DNA of 64,000 nt. Origin: Xylographa opegraphella (taxonomy: Eukaryota). Shown one piece after another: positions 23,101 to 37,172 of this stretch. The notes beneath the pieces were generated by a model that had not been told where the DNA came from, made no database searches, and saw only the letters and a program-made list of their open reading frames with translations. A program made the translations under genes and the position numbers. Where the stretch lies: contig JALDZX010000001.1 in NCBI GenBank assembly GCA_022813865.1, positions 682,001-746,000 on the forward strand, in the 5' to 3' direction. Position 1 is the first letter of the stretch. Every line of letters starts with the position of its first letter.

Positions 23101-25865
23101 TCTCCTTGAACGATGAACAGCCACAAAGAGGGGCACCTATAGAAGAAGAAACAAATCTGGAAGATAGAGAATCTCCAGATCCATACTTCTTGCAACCCAG
23201 TCTCAGTCATTCTAGCGTCGGCCAACATAATACTCCACCCCAGTCTGGCATGTTACCTCCACCGATGGCTTTGTTCGATCCCGAAGATCATAATCGACGA
23301 TTTGTTGGAACGCCTGATTATCTTGCACCTGAAACTATCAATGGTCATGGCCAAGATGAGATGAGTGATTGGTGGTCCCTGGGATGTATTCTCTTCGAGT
23401 TCTTGTTCGGTTATCCACCCTTTCACGCAGACACACCTGAAAAGGTTTTTGAAAACATACTCGCAAGAAGAATTGATTGGCCCGCTGAGGAGGAATGCTT
23501 AGTGTCGGACGAAGCCAAGCATCTAATGTCGAGACTGATGACGATCAACCCAAAGGAACGGCTAGGATCCAACCTCGGTGAAGAATTCGCCAACGGCGGC
23601 GATGAGATCCGCAGGCATCCCTGGTTTGATAGCATCAATTGGGAAACTTTGCTGGAAGACGAGGCTCAATTCGTTCCCGCCCCTGAGAACCCAGAAGACA
23701 CAGAGTACTTCGATACGCGAGGTGCGACGTTGCAGGCTTTTGCGGAAGAACTCGAGGATCAAGCCACTTCTCCTGCCCCAACACCCGGAGCAGATTATCC
23801 CGAAAGGCCACATGACGCTTTGTCTCGAATCAGGACTCAGGTGAATTCGATGAAGCGTGGCTTGATGCCTTTACACATTCCAGCTCATGTTCGTGATCTG
23901 AGAAGCAGGAGACTCAGCGAACCAGTGGCTACTGATGACTTTGGTAGCTTCACGTTCAAGAATCTTCCTGTACTTGAAAAGGCCAATAAGGATGTCATCC
24001 AGAAGCTGCGTGCTGAAGCTCTACATAGCCAATCTAAATCAACCGTAGGGCAGATCAATTCTGGCAATAATTCCCCAGCACCGTCGCTTGAAGGTAGTCC
24101 ATTGCTACCGTCTCCATTGAAACGGACACTTTCTGTGCAAAAAGGCGTCAATCGACCAGCGTCGCCGTCAAATCTCAGTCTCACAAATTCGTCGCCAAGC
24201 AGGGCCTCACAACCAACATCGCCTCTTCTAGTCTCGTTCTCTACGGGTCCCCATCATGAACGAAGGAAAACATCAAGTACTTCTTCAACCTTATCACACC
24301 AATCCAGTGCTTCTTTGCAGCCTGGAAGCTTCTTTGATCTTCAAAGACTTCCAATAGGTTTCTTGGCAAACTCAACCGCTTCTTCGCCGATTAAATCTGC
24401 CAGAACGCCCAATGTTATGCAGATTGCATCGCCGGAAAAGGGGCTGACACCGCAAAGAGTGCCCAGTCTTCCTACATCGCGCGCAAGATCGCAGACTGTT
24501 GGATCGCAGGAAGGTGATGTTCCTACGGTCAAACCATTTACTCATCACAAACGAAGAAGTCAGGTATTCGACGTCTCTCCGTCATCGTCGGATAACGAAG
24601 ATCCTCGTGCCAAGGCACTCCTGCGAGTGCAACGTCGCAGGCAAAGCTCCCGAAGAATGTCACAGCTACCTGGTGCGGATGGGCCCTGTTTCCGTCCGCT
24701 TGATGTGTTGATATGTGAAGATCATCCTGTCTCGCGGCTGGTCATGGAAAGGCTGTTGGAGAAGCTGCGTTGTCGGACCATCACCGTTGTCAATGGCCCT
24801 GAAGCTGTCAGATTTGCCACAAGCGAGGTACAGTTTGATATCATCATGATGGAGGTGAAGCTACCCCAATTGAACGGGGCGGATGTCGCTCGGATGATCA
24901 GAGGCACCAAGAACAGTAATCAGCAGACACCAATCATTGCAGTGACGGGCTATCTTAAAGAATTACCGCAAAACCACCACTTCAATTCACTGATCGAAAA
25001 GCCACCAACTTTAGAAAAACTTACGGAAGCGTTATCCAGTTTATGCCAGTGGAAACCTCCTCCGCCTGATTTTCAACCGGAAATGATGCATCATACACCA
25101 TCCAGTTTGCGCCAAGAGTCCTACCCCTCCGAAGACAGTCCCAATTCTCAGTCCTCCGGACCCTTCGCTCGAATGCCTGGCGTCTCATATCGTGCCTCAA
25201 GTCGCGAAGACTCGATTGGTTCCAGTAGTTTTTATGGTGATGTGGAGTTAACTCAATCTGATGGAGGGCCGGTAATCATCAGCCAGCAAGGGGACGAATG
25301 GTCTGGCAACGGCCTGGGAATCACAGACGAATCACATGATCCAAAGCAATTCATTCATCCCGGTCTGCCGCATCTACTGCATTACAACTCAGCGCCTCCT
25401 GCCCTGGAGTTGTCCTCTCCACGACGACAGCGCTCGTCAGAAGCCATCATGGCTAAGCGAGAAAGCCTCGAGAAGAAAAGACACGAGTGCGCGGAGTCCG
25501 GGGACGATGAAGACGAGGAACTGGGGGATACCTCCATACAACCGAAAAGTCCCAGAAGCAAATACCGCGGATCGAAATTGGGGACCGAGATGCTGAGGAC
25601 GAATAGTCGCGGAAGCGTTATTTCCGCTTCAGAAGAGAATACAAGTCAAGATGCTCGATCTTTACCGCCTCCTTACCTCGCAGATAACACGTCGAGCCAC
25701 GCGCACCATGCCTCCATTACCCCACCGTTGATATTTCCGAAAGAAGTTGGGGAGACGGTCAAAGTCATCGACATGGATGCTACGCCTCGGCCGTCGGGCA
25801 CTACTGGGTCGAGAATGGACGGCAAATCGCCGGAAGCGCCTCTCTCCCCGACACTTCACAAATAG
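20126..25865 (+). CDS. RIM15: Rim15-type Ser/Thr kinase (PAS, zinc finger, split AGC kinase domain, receiver domain)
   Basis: PAS-like WVSPSWQDVVG, CRICE...HSDLCLQEH, ISKGAFGSV, HRDLKPDN, DFG..long insert..GTPDYLAPE, receiver LICEDHP. Intron 20666-20720. Confidence 0.95.
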
Positions 25866-26818
25866 TTGACCCAACGCTTCTGTAGAGGCTGATATATGTA
25901 AGATACCATAATCCGAGACATGGGCAGGACCAGCGCGGTTCGCACGTCCAACTCATGTTCTTCCACCAATTCCACCGACCTCTCCTTTGTTATTTTTTAG
26001 GCCACCACCTCCGGTCCTACTTTCTTTTGTTGGCGACGGCGCTTGGGGGTGTACGAAACCGCCGACAGTGGCACGGGTGGGAGTTGCTCTTTGCAAGCTT
26101 GGCTGGGCTTTGTGCTGGACATGTCCGAAATCTCTTCTTGTGTGAATATTGTAGGTAGCGCAGAGCCCAGATTGGCTTTTGCTTGCTCTGTATACTCGTT
26201 CGAAACTGAATATCCCAACTACTGTGGCTGCTCTGATGTGTTAACATTGACTACGTAGTATACATAATTCATTGGCGGGCGTTGGTGTGCTCTGGATGAA
26301 AACCATATTTCATAAGAACATATTACCCCGAGGCTCCGTGGTTCAGTTGTGCAGTCAAGTCAAGCAGTAGGGTGTTAGTCTGTGGATCGATCAGTACCTA
26401 AGGTAGTTAGCGGCGGGGATAGGTCCCTAGCGCTGTCTGCGGCCCACGATGATCGCTGTCGGTACAACGACGGACCGAGGGAGCAAAAACGTCATGAGCT
26501 TCGAGGCTCTCCAATCTTTGGTCGGAATGAAGATGGCGGCATGCGGGACGTGCTAACGGCTATTGCTATACAAGCTGCTAAACCGAGCTTTCCACCAATA
26601 ACGTCTTGCATTGAAGCAGCTTTCCCATTGTTTTGCGGAACCCCCTTGCCTTGAATCAGGAACAACCGGATCGGGCGAGGTCATTGTGCACCAAAGTAAA
26701 CATCAGCATGACGTTCGCCGAAATGGATTTTTGGATAGCTCTGAAGAGTCCTGTTCCATGACTTGTTGCTTGCTTTCCATCTTCATCGTATTGTGAGACC
26801 GCTGCTTGCTTCTTCGCG

Positions 26819-28444
26819 ATGCACAACAGTACCCTGTTTCTTCTTTCCAGCTTCGCCTTGTCAGCCTCTGCTCAGGCATTGGCGAGCGATCCTGGTGTCT
26901 ACGGACCTGCAATTGAATTGGTGCACATCTACAACGATGAATTCCCCACCGGTCAGTTGTCGTACGATTGCGTGTGCTCGTAGTCGCAGCATGTCCATGA
27001 TATCAGATGCTGAATGAAATTCAGGCATTGCCGTCTCGTCCACGGGTCGAATGTTCTCCAATTACCCGTCTGGACTGGACGGCAACAACACCAAGTACGC
27101 CGTCGCTGAGCTCACGTCAAACAGCACAGAGACGCCCTATCCGAGCGTGGAGATGAACTCCCCTCCCGGTGGAGCCATAAACTATACCACCATCCCAGCA
27201 AGTCAGTCCTTCGCTTTATCTTCCTGAGCGAATTAAGTTGGGCTGATTTGACCTATGTGTGAGCGACAGGCGGGGCCAATTATCAGCAATACTTGATTGG
27301 TGTGCAATCCGTAGTTATCGATCCGGCTGATCGGCTGGTATGTGATTCTTGCACGAGTGTTTGGTCGGTTTTCTTACACGATTGCCAGTGGATACTCGAT
27401 ACTGGAAGAGCGTTGACTCCGAACGGGACTTTGGTACCCGCGTCCTACGGTGGGCCTAAGCTTGTGGGTGTCAACCTCACCACCAACAGCGTTTTCCAAA
27501 CAATCGTGTTTCCTACTACCGTTGCGTATGATGTTTCGGTGGGTTATACGTACTCTATTTTTGCCGCTTCACCTCACTAATATGACTGCAAACAGTATCT
27601 CAACGATGTGCGCTTTGACCTACGGCCCAACGTAACTGCGTCCGGCGGAGGTGTAGCCTATATTACAGACTCTAGCTCTGAGGGCCGTAACGGTCTTATT
27701 ATTGTTGACCTGGGCACCGGACAGTCCTGGCGTCATCTCAACAACGTTCCGCAAGTGCGACCTGAGTTTCAATGTACGTCCATGGTCAGCTTTCCTTATT
27801 GGTACAGGTGGAAGTTATGTTGTTTGCTACCTTTTTGAATCATTCCACTTCAGGACATGCTTTGCAGTTCGATTTCGATCCTAACAGTGCAACGCTAAAC
27901 GTCAAATCTTCCAGTCATCCCATACGTATGGGGAGAAGTCGTCTACCAGATCCCAGGCCCCGGGCTTCCCATCGTCTACGACACATTCGGCGCCGACGGA
28001 ATCGCTCTGTCCTCCGACGGCGAGACCCTGTACTGGAGCGTCACCGGAGGCCGCTATCTGTATAGCATTCCCACCGCACGCCTCCTCGACGATTCTACAT
28101 TTTCAGAGATCATGGCCCAAGCGTCCCTCGTATCCCACGGGCAAAAGGGTCTCTCGGACGGCCTGGAGACGGACACGAACGGCTTCATCTACGGCGGCAA
28201 CATCGAGCAGGGCTCAATTGTGCTCTTCAGCCCCGCGAACGGCACCTTCAGCACGTTTGTCAGAGATCCTCGTATCGGGTGGACGGACACCATGTCTGTC
28301 GCGACGGACGGCTATCTCTACTTTACCGAGAACCAGCTGTGGCGGACGCGGAACTTCTATCCCGGGACGGATCGGAGGGTGCGGCCGTTCGCGTTGTTTC
28401 GGGCGCCGTTGCCGGTTAATGGCTCCAAGGTGCTTCTGGTCTGA
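26819..28444 (+). CDS. Secreted major royal jelly protein/Yellow-family beta-propeller
   Basis: Signal peptide MHNSTLFLLSSFALSASAQ, then PTGIAVSSTGRMF, VQSVVID, WILDTG, PKLVGVNL, YLNDVRFD, AYITDSS, GADGIALS, SDGLETD, WTDT. Multi-exon. Confidence 0.88.
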
Positions 28445-29018
28445 TGATGGGGTGGTGGTGTTTCGAGGTGGGGGTATTTGGGGAGGTGAACAATGTACAT
28501 AATGGTTATGGAGCTGGCACAGTTCGTAATGGGAGCAATGAGAGCAATGGGTACTACGGCCCCGGATTTGATGCGAGATATCCGGATACTAGGTATCTCA
28601 ACCTTTTGATATCTGGCGGTAACCATGTGGCGATTGGTTTATATGCACGTTCCCAAGGCGAAGGCCAGTCTACACAGGTCCTGGAAGAATCTGTGACGCG
28701 AATCAAAAGAAGCTCAATCGGGGTATATTCGGAGTCTATCGATGGCCTTCATTCTGTATGGTAGTCGCTCCTCATTGGCGATTGCAGAGTTGCTCGTCAC
28801 TCATGCCTCGATCGGACCTTCAGCGTTTGGGCCACTAGCTCCGCCACTCCCCGCCGTTAAGCAGCCACACCCAGTCCTAATCTCCGACGAGGCAAGCCAC
28901 ACCAGTGACAAGGTCTGACGTAGGCAGGCACAGCAATTCAGAACCTGAGCTGCAGGCTCCAAAAAAAAACTACATCATCACCCCCGAGACCGCTCTCGAC
29001 AACCCATCGAGCTCAGTT

Positions 29019-30370
29019 ATGTCGGAGCCGCCAATGTTGTCCAAAGCAAGCAAAGATGTCCTCGCCAAGGTGCGCCAGATGGTGCCCCCCATGTTGGAGA
29101 GTTTCCACAAGGGTGCGTTTGTGGGGTTATGTGTGAGAACTGCTCGTGAAATTGCGCTGATGGGGGTTTAGGCCAGTTGGGACGGGTGGCGGTTATCGGC
29201 GGCAGTCAGGAGTATGTTAGAGACGGCGGGAGCTGGACTGGCTTTGCGAATGGACTTTGCTGATCCGGGTGGTTGTTGATAGCTATACCGGAGCTCCATA
29301 TTTCTCCGCAATGGCTTCTGCGAGGCTAGGTACGAATTTTTGTGTCCATACTACATCTTTCATCCCCTGTTATCAAGTCGTACATGTATTGGATATGTGT
29401 TTTCAAGACAATGGCTAAGAATTGGATATCTAGGCGCTGACATGGTACCCAACGACCCTCACGAGCTTTTTTCGCTATAGACTAACCACCCCTTAGAGCC
29501 ATGTGATATGCGAGCCTGAAGCAGCTCAAGTACGTTCCCCTTCCTTATCTCCTGTCTTCCTCCACTAACCTTTCTCAGGTCATCAAAACCTACTCCCCCA
29601 ACCTCATGGTCCACCCCCTCATGCGCCAATCCCACAAGCTCACCGGCTCCGAAACACCCGACCACATTGCCTCCACCGTCATCGAGATGCTGCCACGGCT
29701 GCACGTCCTAGTCATCGGCCCGGGCCTCGGCCGCGACGACCTCATGCAGTCCACCTGCGCCGCCGTCATCGCCGAGGCAAAGAAGCAAGGCCTCCCCTTC
29801 GTCCTCGACGCCGACGGGCTGCACCTCGTGAACACCAACCCCAGCATCGTCAAAGGCTACAAGCAGTGCATCCTGACCCCCAACGTGGTCGAGTTCGGAC
29901 GGCTGGCCAAAGCAGTCGGCGTGACCATCCCGCCGCACGACCAGGTGAAGCTGGACCAGAACACCGACACGGAGACGTGCGCAAAGGTCGCGCGCGCGCT
30001 CGGCGGCGTGCTCGTCATCCAGAAGGGCGCCAAGGACATCATCAGCAACGGCGAGAAGACGCTGATCTGCGACCTCGAGGGCGGGCGCAAGCGCAGCGGC
30101 GGGCAGGGCGACACCCTGACGGGGAGCCTGGGCACGCTGCTCGCGTACCGCAAAGCGTACCTCGACAAGATCTGGGACGTCGAGGGCAACATGGGCGCGG
30201 ACGAGCTGCTGATGGTGGCGGCCTTTGGCGGCAGCGCCATCACGCGCGAGTGCTCGCGGCTGGCGTTCAAGAAGAACGGGCGGAGTCTGCAGGCCAGCGA
30301 CCTGACGGAGAACGTGACCGTCAGCTTCGAGAACTTGATCGGGGAGAAGACGGAGGAGAGTAAGCTGTAG
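29019..30370 (+). CDS. NNR2: ATP-dependent (S)-NAD(P)H-hydrate dehydratase (YjeF C-terminal/CARKD)
   Basis: [54 protein letters not shown]. Six exons, including 11-nt and 33-nt ones. Confidence 0.93.
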
Positions 30371-30735
30371 GGGAGAAGGGCGCAGGAGGAAGGAGACAGG
30401 AAGGAGTGGTGGTGACGAAAAAGTGGGGGAGGGGGTTTAGATGGTTCTTGTATATTTAGACGATTTCCGATATATGATCAAAGCACAAGTATATGCTGCC
30501 CGTCACCTGCAATCCCTTCGTGATAAAGTAATCGCTCCGCAACCGTAGAGACGTCCAGACCACCAAACACAATCAACCCCCCCGATCCACCTTCCCCCAG
30601 AGCCACGAACAATTCCTCCCTGCGGATTCTTCCCCCGCAGCCGCCCCCTCACCCCGTCGGTCTTCTCCAACTCCCACCTCCAAGCACCCCAAAGGAACAC
30701 AGTGAAGAAAACTCAAATCGGTACACAACCCCCCA

Positions 30736-30804
30736 CCCCATCCCATCCATCCCATCCATCCCATCCATCCCATCCATCCCATCCATCCCATCCATCCCAT
30801 CCAT
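30736..30804. repeat. 9-bp tandem repeat (CCATCCCAT)n
   Basis: About 7 copies; produces the spurious HPSHPS and MGWMGW ORFs. Confidence 0.9.
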
Positions 30805-30874
30805 CATCCGCATCCTTCCTACCTACCCCTTTGAAAATCGGCAAGAAAAAAAGGAAAAAAATAAACCAGAAGAA

Positions 30875-30961
30875 AGGTCGTGCCCGGAATCGAACCGGGG
30901 TCCCAAGAAATATCGAGCGATAAGTCAGAATCTTATGTGCTAACCCCTACACCACACAACC
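30875..30961 (-). tRNA. tRNA-Gln(CUG) with a 15-nt intron (30910-30924)
   Basis: Acceptor stem GGTTGTG/CACGACC, anticodon arm TAAGA-TTCTGA[intron]T-TCTTG, T-arm CCCGG-TTCGATT-CCGGG, downstream T-runs. Confidence 0.93.
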
Positions 30962-31524
30962 GTGATACATGTGCTACGTATCTTATTTAAATTTATCAAC
31001 AATGTGAACAATGGAAGACGGTGAAGTGACGCTCGCTAAGAGCGCTAGATAGGGCTTTTCTTCGTATTCACTGTAGCGGTAGCCCTACTGGTCCTAAGTT
31101 AAGATACATGAAATGAGGCATCACCTAAGGTAGGTAGGTAGGGTGGGGGGCCGGGGGGAAGGGGTGGGTTTTAGAGACCACGAAAATCCACGCCATCTCT
31201 CCCGGGTCTCAAAAAGACAGTTCATTTATTTCTACGAAGGGTGCACGCTGCGCGCCTACGCGAACCAAGAAGTATATATGTTGATTTATGCCCGTCGTCC
31301 ACGTCGTCCCCCACAGGTATGCATCCACATGACCCGACAAACCCGAGCCGTGGATTTCGTTAAACTCGTTCCTCTCTCCTTGCTAGCCCTCCCATCGAAT
31401 CATAAACACCAATCATCGCAAGCACGAGCCACACTGCCAGCGGCTATGAGCGCGCTCAAAGCAGCTCAAACTCTCGCATGCCATTCCTGCGCTCCGATCG
31501 CGTGTCCGCTATTGACTACCTGCT

Positions 31525-34500
31525 CTACTCCGCAAGCACCATCCGCAACATGGCCAGGAAGCCTTCCCGCAGCTTCAGCAGCTCCGTCACCGGCGGCTTG
31601 ACAGGCTCCCCCGCCGTTCGCCGCAGGTGATCCTGCTTCCTTGCGCGCCGCTTACGTTCCGCGACGATAGGGTCCAAGTTCTCGTCGTCGGAGTCTTCGT
31701 CTTCGGAACCGGAGTCGGAGTATTGCATTTCCTGTAGATCGCTCTGCAGGGGGGCATTGAGTTAGTAAAGTCGGATATACAACTGGAAGGAGGGGGGAGG
31801 GGCGAATGATCGATGATATAAGAGCCAAATGACAGGTGAGAAAGACAGACCTCGTTAAGGCCGAAGTCGCTGCTCCTGAACGTTGCGGCGCCTGGCGCGA
31901 TTTCTGCAGAGCCTTCGGCTGCCATTTTCTGTCGTGTCTTATCTTGGTGCCACTTCTTGCGCTCCTCTTGCCATTTCACAAGCGCGTCGATCTCTCCGAT
32001 TGCCTTCTCCTTGTCTACTTGACTCATGTCGACTGCCCCCTGAAATAAGGCGTTCATGTCCAGTTTTCCTCCCTTTGGCCCGTGCCGTAGGAACTCTAGG
32101 ATACCCTCCAACCAGCCCATCAGCTGGCCAAAGAGTCCATTGTCGTGGATGTGTACTTCGTGTACAAATTTATAGAAATTGTGCTGATGCCTCGCACAAA
32201 GGTCGATGAAAGACTGAACGGTCTGATTAGGGTCGGCGGAGACATCTTGACGTTGCGCCTTTTCGACCACGACGAACATGTCGTCTGCAAAGTTAGAGAA
32301 GTCCGTGACGCTGTTGTAAACATTGGCGGACTTGTATACGCGGATAAGAGGTTCGTAGAAGATGGTAAATAGGTCGCGGAAGAGTTGGAGGGTGACCGGC
32401 TACGGTGGCATCAGCTATCATGGAAAAGGCAAGAAAAAGTGGAGTAGATTACCTCCTCAATTACACTGAGCATCATTGCCTTGTCTCGCTGTCGAGTATA
32501 CATCTTGAGCAACTGCTTCAGGTGCGCGAAGAGTTCTGCACCTTGCTTCATTTCCTCGTCGACCTGTCAAAAGGCTCTGTTAGTTTTCGACGATGAAAGG
32601 GGGCTGTTAGTTTTCGACGATGAAAGGGGGCTGTTAGTTTTCGACGATGAAAGGAGTCTGGGCATAACGTACATTCTCAACAACATTGTTCCATGCGACA
32701 TAGGCATTAAACACTTTGCCAATCTGTTCTGGACCCAGCTCTGGTGTGAAGAGCTCAGACCTTAATATGGCGACTATCAAATCCACGTCATCGACGACAG
32801 CTTCGCTACGGATAATGTTCTTTGTGTCCTCTGAAGCGTCTGAAAAATTCTTCAACTTGGTACTCAGTACAGGATCTGCAATCTTCGTAACTAGAGAATC
32901 TATGGACTTTTGGAATGACCTGATCCCATCGTTGAGTGCCATTGCGAAGACTCGTTGGGCGAGTGATCTAGAGCCAAAAGGCTGTGCTAAGAACAGATCT
33001 AGCACTCCACTCATAACAAGAGCGGGATTCGCAAAACGGATAACTTGTTTCAGAGCGGTGTAGGGTATCATGGAATGGATTCGCTTGGCTTGTGCAAGTA
33101 ATTCCGGGGAGTTGTCCTCGGCCAGGAAAAGATGATAAATCGTCGCAGCGACCCTATAGGCTTTCAGCAAAGACTTCATTGAAGAGGAAATGGTTAGTTT
33201 ACTCTATTCGAAGCCATTCCGCAAACTTTTGATATTCTAGAGTCAGATCCTCAATCTTGTCTTTCGCCTTTATCTCAGCGAAAAGTTTCGTAAGACCGTC
33301 TGCAAAGAAATAAGTACGGGTAGGCGGCAAGTGTAGGGACATGTAACTTACTACTCTCGATAATATCTCTTCTGAATCTTTCCATGTAGACATCTAATTC
33401 ACGGGCACGTTGCCGGGCAATCTCATAGAACTCCCGCTGCTCTTCGATCCGTTTTTCATCCATATCTTTCCGTCGTTGGATGTCTCCGAGTTCTTCTTCG
33501 TTAAGCTTGATAGGACTTCGGGTGAAAAATTCCTGTATTGCTTTCGATTCTGCAACCTGCTGGTTCTGGAGAATGGTTCTCAGGAACGCTCGCAGTGACA
33601 CTCTTTGATCTTCCCGATACAGCGTAACTACCTCCCGATTTACATCGACAGAATTGCGTGGGGATCCATTCGCCGGCGAACGGCTCATCTGAGAGGATGC
33701 AGATCGCCTATGGCTGTTCCCAATAAAAGCCCTCAGGGAGCCAGCTTCGCCTTGGCCTGTGCCTTGCGTAGATACAGACGACAGAGATGAGGCATCGTCA
33801 TCTCCACCGCCCATGCTTAGGAAATTTGTGGACGCTTTATTCTTCCGAGGTAGTGGTGCAAAAACTTTCCCTGGTAATTCCGTCCGAATGCGCTTGTGTA
33901 GCTTTACAAATTCTCCATATCGTCGGCCAACATAGAGGTCTGGCTTACCGGCTTGTTTGACTCTAATTACGAATTCCTAGCTGTTGTAAGTATATTTCCG
34001 ACAACAGTGATAGTGTCTGGGATGCGTACGGCATGCTGGTGGTACCTGACCGTCCTCTTTACGGAAGTTGTCCTTACCCCTGCAACATTGATGTCCCACC
34101 CATTGATAGTGTTTCCCTCAGGTGTATTGACGAGCAGTCCTTGTTCATTCGCGCCTCGATCAACAACCTCGAGTTCCGAAAACCGTATTCGCTCTTCGTA
34201 TCCCGAGGCTGTTGGTATACCTGAAACCATCATGAGCTCGACGAGCTTTCTAGCCTTGAGAGCCAGCTTTCGACGTTTGGTTTCTTCGAGCCGATCTTCA
34301 GAAGATGATATGTGCTTATTCGCGAAAGATTCCAGAAACTAGAAACTTTCAACGAAGGCTCGCTGATGTCACCTGAAGCTCAGATTGCACGTACGACTTG
34401 TAACTTGTCTTGCCAGAACTCTTTCTCCCTGGCCTGGTCCAAAAAGGGAAAGTTACGAACATGATGAACGAAGATATACCGAAGGATGGGGAGGTCGGAG

Positions 34501-34863
34501 TCCACAGGCGCTACTTCGCCATATTCCGATCGAAAGGGAGCGCCGAATCTTTGAAGAGCAGTGGTGGAAGCGAGCTCTGAAATCTCATAGTCCACTTGTT
34601 GTGCGATAAGTTCTCTCTTCAGATCTTCAGGCACCGTATTCAGCATTGACAACGAAAACTAGCACTGCTATAGGAGGCTCACAATGTTCTTGCTTCCCTG
34701 TTAGGATTTGACCCTTTGGGAGAACGTTCTTGGATGACGAAGTCCCATTTGCTGCTGGTCGCGAAGGCAGTACCTGAGGCTTCGAGTTTGCTTCTGACCC
34801 CCCCATAGGCTGTATATTTCCATCTAGTGTCTTTATGGGTGCTTCCTTGGCTAGATTTGCCAT
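31525..34863 (-). CDS. PX-domain protein (yeast Ypr097w/Lec1-like)
   Basis: LTGKQEH.LKRELI, VRNFPFL, EFWQDKLQ, PX segment YVGRRYGEFVKLHK, LYREDQRVSLRAFLR, DLFLAQPFG, FYKFVHEVH. About nine exons. Confidence 0.87.
32577..32654. repeat. 27-bp tandem repeat (about 3 copies) inside an intron
   Basis: CTGTTAGTTTTCGACGATGAAAGG(GGG) starting at 32577, 32604 and 32631. Confidence 0.95.
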
Positions 34864-35625
34864 TACGAACGATTTAGTAGTGATGCGCTATAGAGCGAAA
34901 TCCGCGGAATATGCTCATATGGAATGCCGCTGTCAAAAGACAATCATGATACTATTGCTTTATTATCGTTCGTGTTCTCAACCTTGATCGGCTAAAACAA
35001 ACGCGGCCATGACGAGCACGCAAAACTCGGGACGGTCCCGCGGTTGCCAAGCTTTGAGGGTCGCTTATATTGAGCGACCGCCGTCATGCTCGTGCATGAA
35101 CGCTCTACTCCGTATTGAGGCAGATATCCTGAATTCCTACATATGGAACATACTTATGATGAGAATCAGACGCGTGCATCTTTCAAACGAGTTATAATAA
35201 ATCGGGTGTACTATAACTATCGACACCCTGTATGAAGCGTTCTTGTACTATGTTATACAAGGTAATGAATCAAAGTCACATCCTATTGTTGGATGACAGA
35301 CTTGCGTCACTTGTGGACCGAATCCCTAGGCTACCCAACAAAGCCCATAAACACGCATGGAGTATTGATTGATAGATCCGCGTCGATCAACAACAGTGTT
35401 GCTGCACTCACGAATTGGTGTTTTGCCGAATGCCACGGCACCCTTCATGACCAACCCCAGTAAATATTGTTGCGAATCCTGGCGTTAGCTAGGAGTCTGT
35501 GTGCGAAGTTTACCAATGACTCCTGTATCTGCAGATTGTGATTTGGTCCATTACTCGGCTGAAGTTCTCGATTGCAGCCGACCATCCAGCCACTGTGTAT
35601 GCGTCCCTTGTTCTGCAACCGGAAG

Positions 35626-37172
35626 TCATCGAAATGCAACTTCTGGCGGCAGTCTGAAACTAGCGCAAAACATTCGTTTCTGTGGTGCCACATCACGGAC
35701 GTCCCAAATCTCAACTTCTTCGTCGTGCGGGTGAATATCAAAGCCGATGCGACTCGAAATCTCCTTACAGATCTTGACCGCTTCTGCCTTGTTGTCATCG
35801 CTCTTGGTGGAGAAACAGTACACGTGTATCATGGGAAGCAGTGTATTGGTGTGTGGACTAAACAACTCCTGATGTCCCTTATACAAGCCGATGAAGGCAC
35901 CCAAAAATGTTATTGCGGTTGCCGGGAGATTCATCACGTAATGATGAAATGTCTTAGGCTGAGTTACATGCATTCGGGGCTCGGATGGAGTAGATTGACT
36001 TGACTCTGTCTTCCGTGACCGTCGCTTGATTTTGGGTGTGATGTCGACTTGTCTGTGGTCTGCCAGGAGCTTTTGAGCAGACGTACGGATGAAGGAGCTG
36101 CCATCCTCGTTAAAAGGTTGAAGGAACTGGGACACCTACTCATGGTCAACAACTCGAATCCTGATAAACTTTGGCCAAGAAAAGGTATACCTTATTCACC
36201 GATATGGCATCAATAAGACTCGCGTAGCTGTCTGGATTGAGGTCGTTTGCCCAGACAAATATTCCTCGTTTCGCCGCGGGTACGGCGAAGGGGCCCACGC
36301 CTGCCATAACATCGCAGACTGCCTCGCCTGGACGGAAGTGATCGACCAGGCGCTCATGCTCGGTATTGAGCCTGCTATTCCAATATACTTTCGAGTAGTC
36401 AAACCGAAATGTGCAGTCCAGCTCCTTGATCTCAACCTGCAATGAGGGATCGCCTGCCAGTAGCTCGTACTTGAAGGTGCGATACTCATTCTCAGTGCCC
36501 ACATCGTCAATCTTGTTGATCACGCTGCGAATGACCGGGTTTTTGTCCAATAAGACTGCAGCAATGAGATTTTTGTATTGCAAGTATTGCTCCCGTAAGT
36601 TCAAATGGGCTATGAAGCTTTAGATCGTCCGCCAGGCGTTCAGATTCTCAATAGATTGTCGGCTTACCGACGTGGCCAACGATGCTGAAGCCTGCTGGTA
36701 ATTCATTCTGGGCATCTTCTGGTATGATAGCGCTCAATATATCATCTACTTAACTTTTAGTCGAAGAATTAAGAAGGGCCCGAAGCTATATTCAAGTACG
36801 GTAGGTCCAAGTGTCGTACGAGAGCTTCAGCTCGTAAGGAGTGATATTGACCTTTTTGGCCTCAATAAGCTCCAGTAGCTTCGAGCTCCATGTTGATGGA
36901 TCGTCTGGACGGATATTCGGGCTCAACAGCAGAGCTTTGCATGCCTTCTGTCCGGCACTTTGCTCACCCGGGATCGACCTTACGCAGCTGATGCGGTCTA
37001 CGTGCAGAACGTCCTTACTCAGATAGGTTCGACATCGTGAAATCTGGGCATCGTCGATCACTCGAGCCGCAGCCAAAGGGACAGATTTGCGGAAAAAGGC
37101 GCGATCAAGCACTCTCATCGCATGGTTCACCGGAGGTCGGAACATGTCGGAAAGTGCCGTTATCTCAGGCAT
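35626..37172 (-). CDS. TRM5: tRNA (guanine37-N1)-methyltransferase
   Basis: [63 protein letters not shown]. Confidence 0.93.

Noticed and set aside
24852..24854. Rim15 receiver domain has Glu at the phospho-acceptor Asp position (IIMMEVKLP)
   Set aside because: A degenerate receiver is a known feature of Rim15-type kinases.
30573..30923. MGWMGW / HPSHPS repeat peptides
   Set aside because: Translations of a 9-bp microsatellite next to the tRNA terminator.
32577..32654. 27-bp repeats as a CRISPR-like array
   Set aside because: No spacers, eukaryotic intron, no cas genes.
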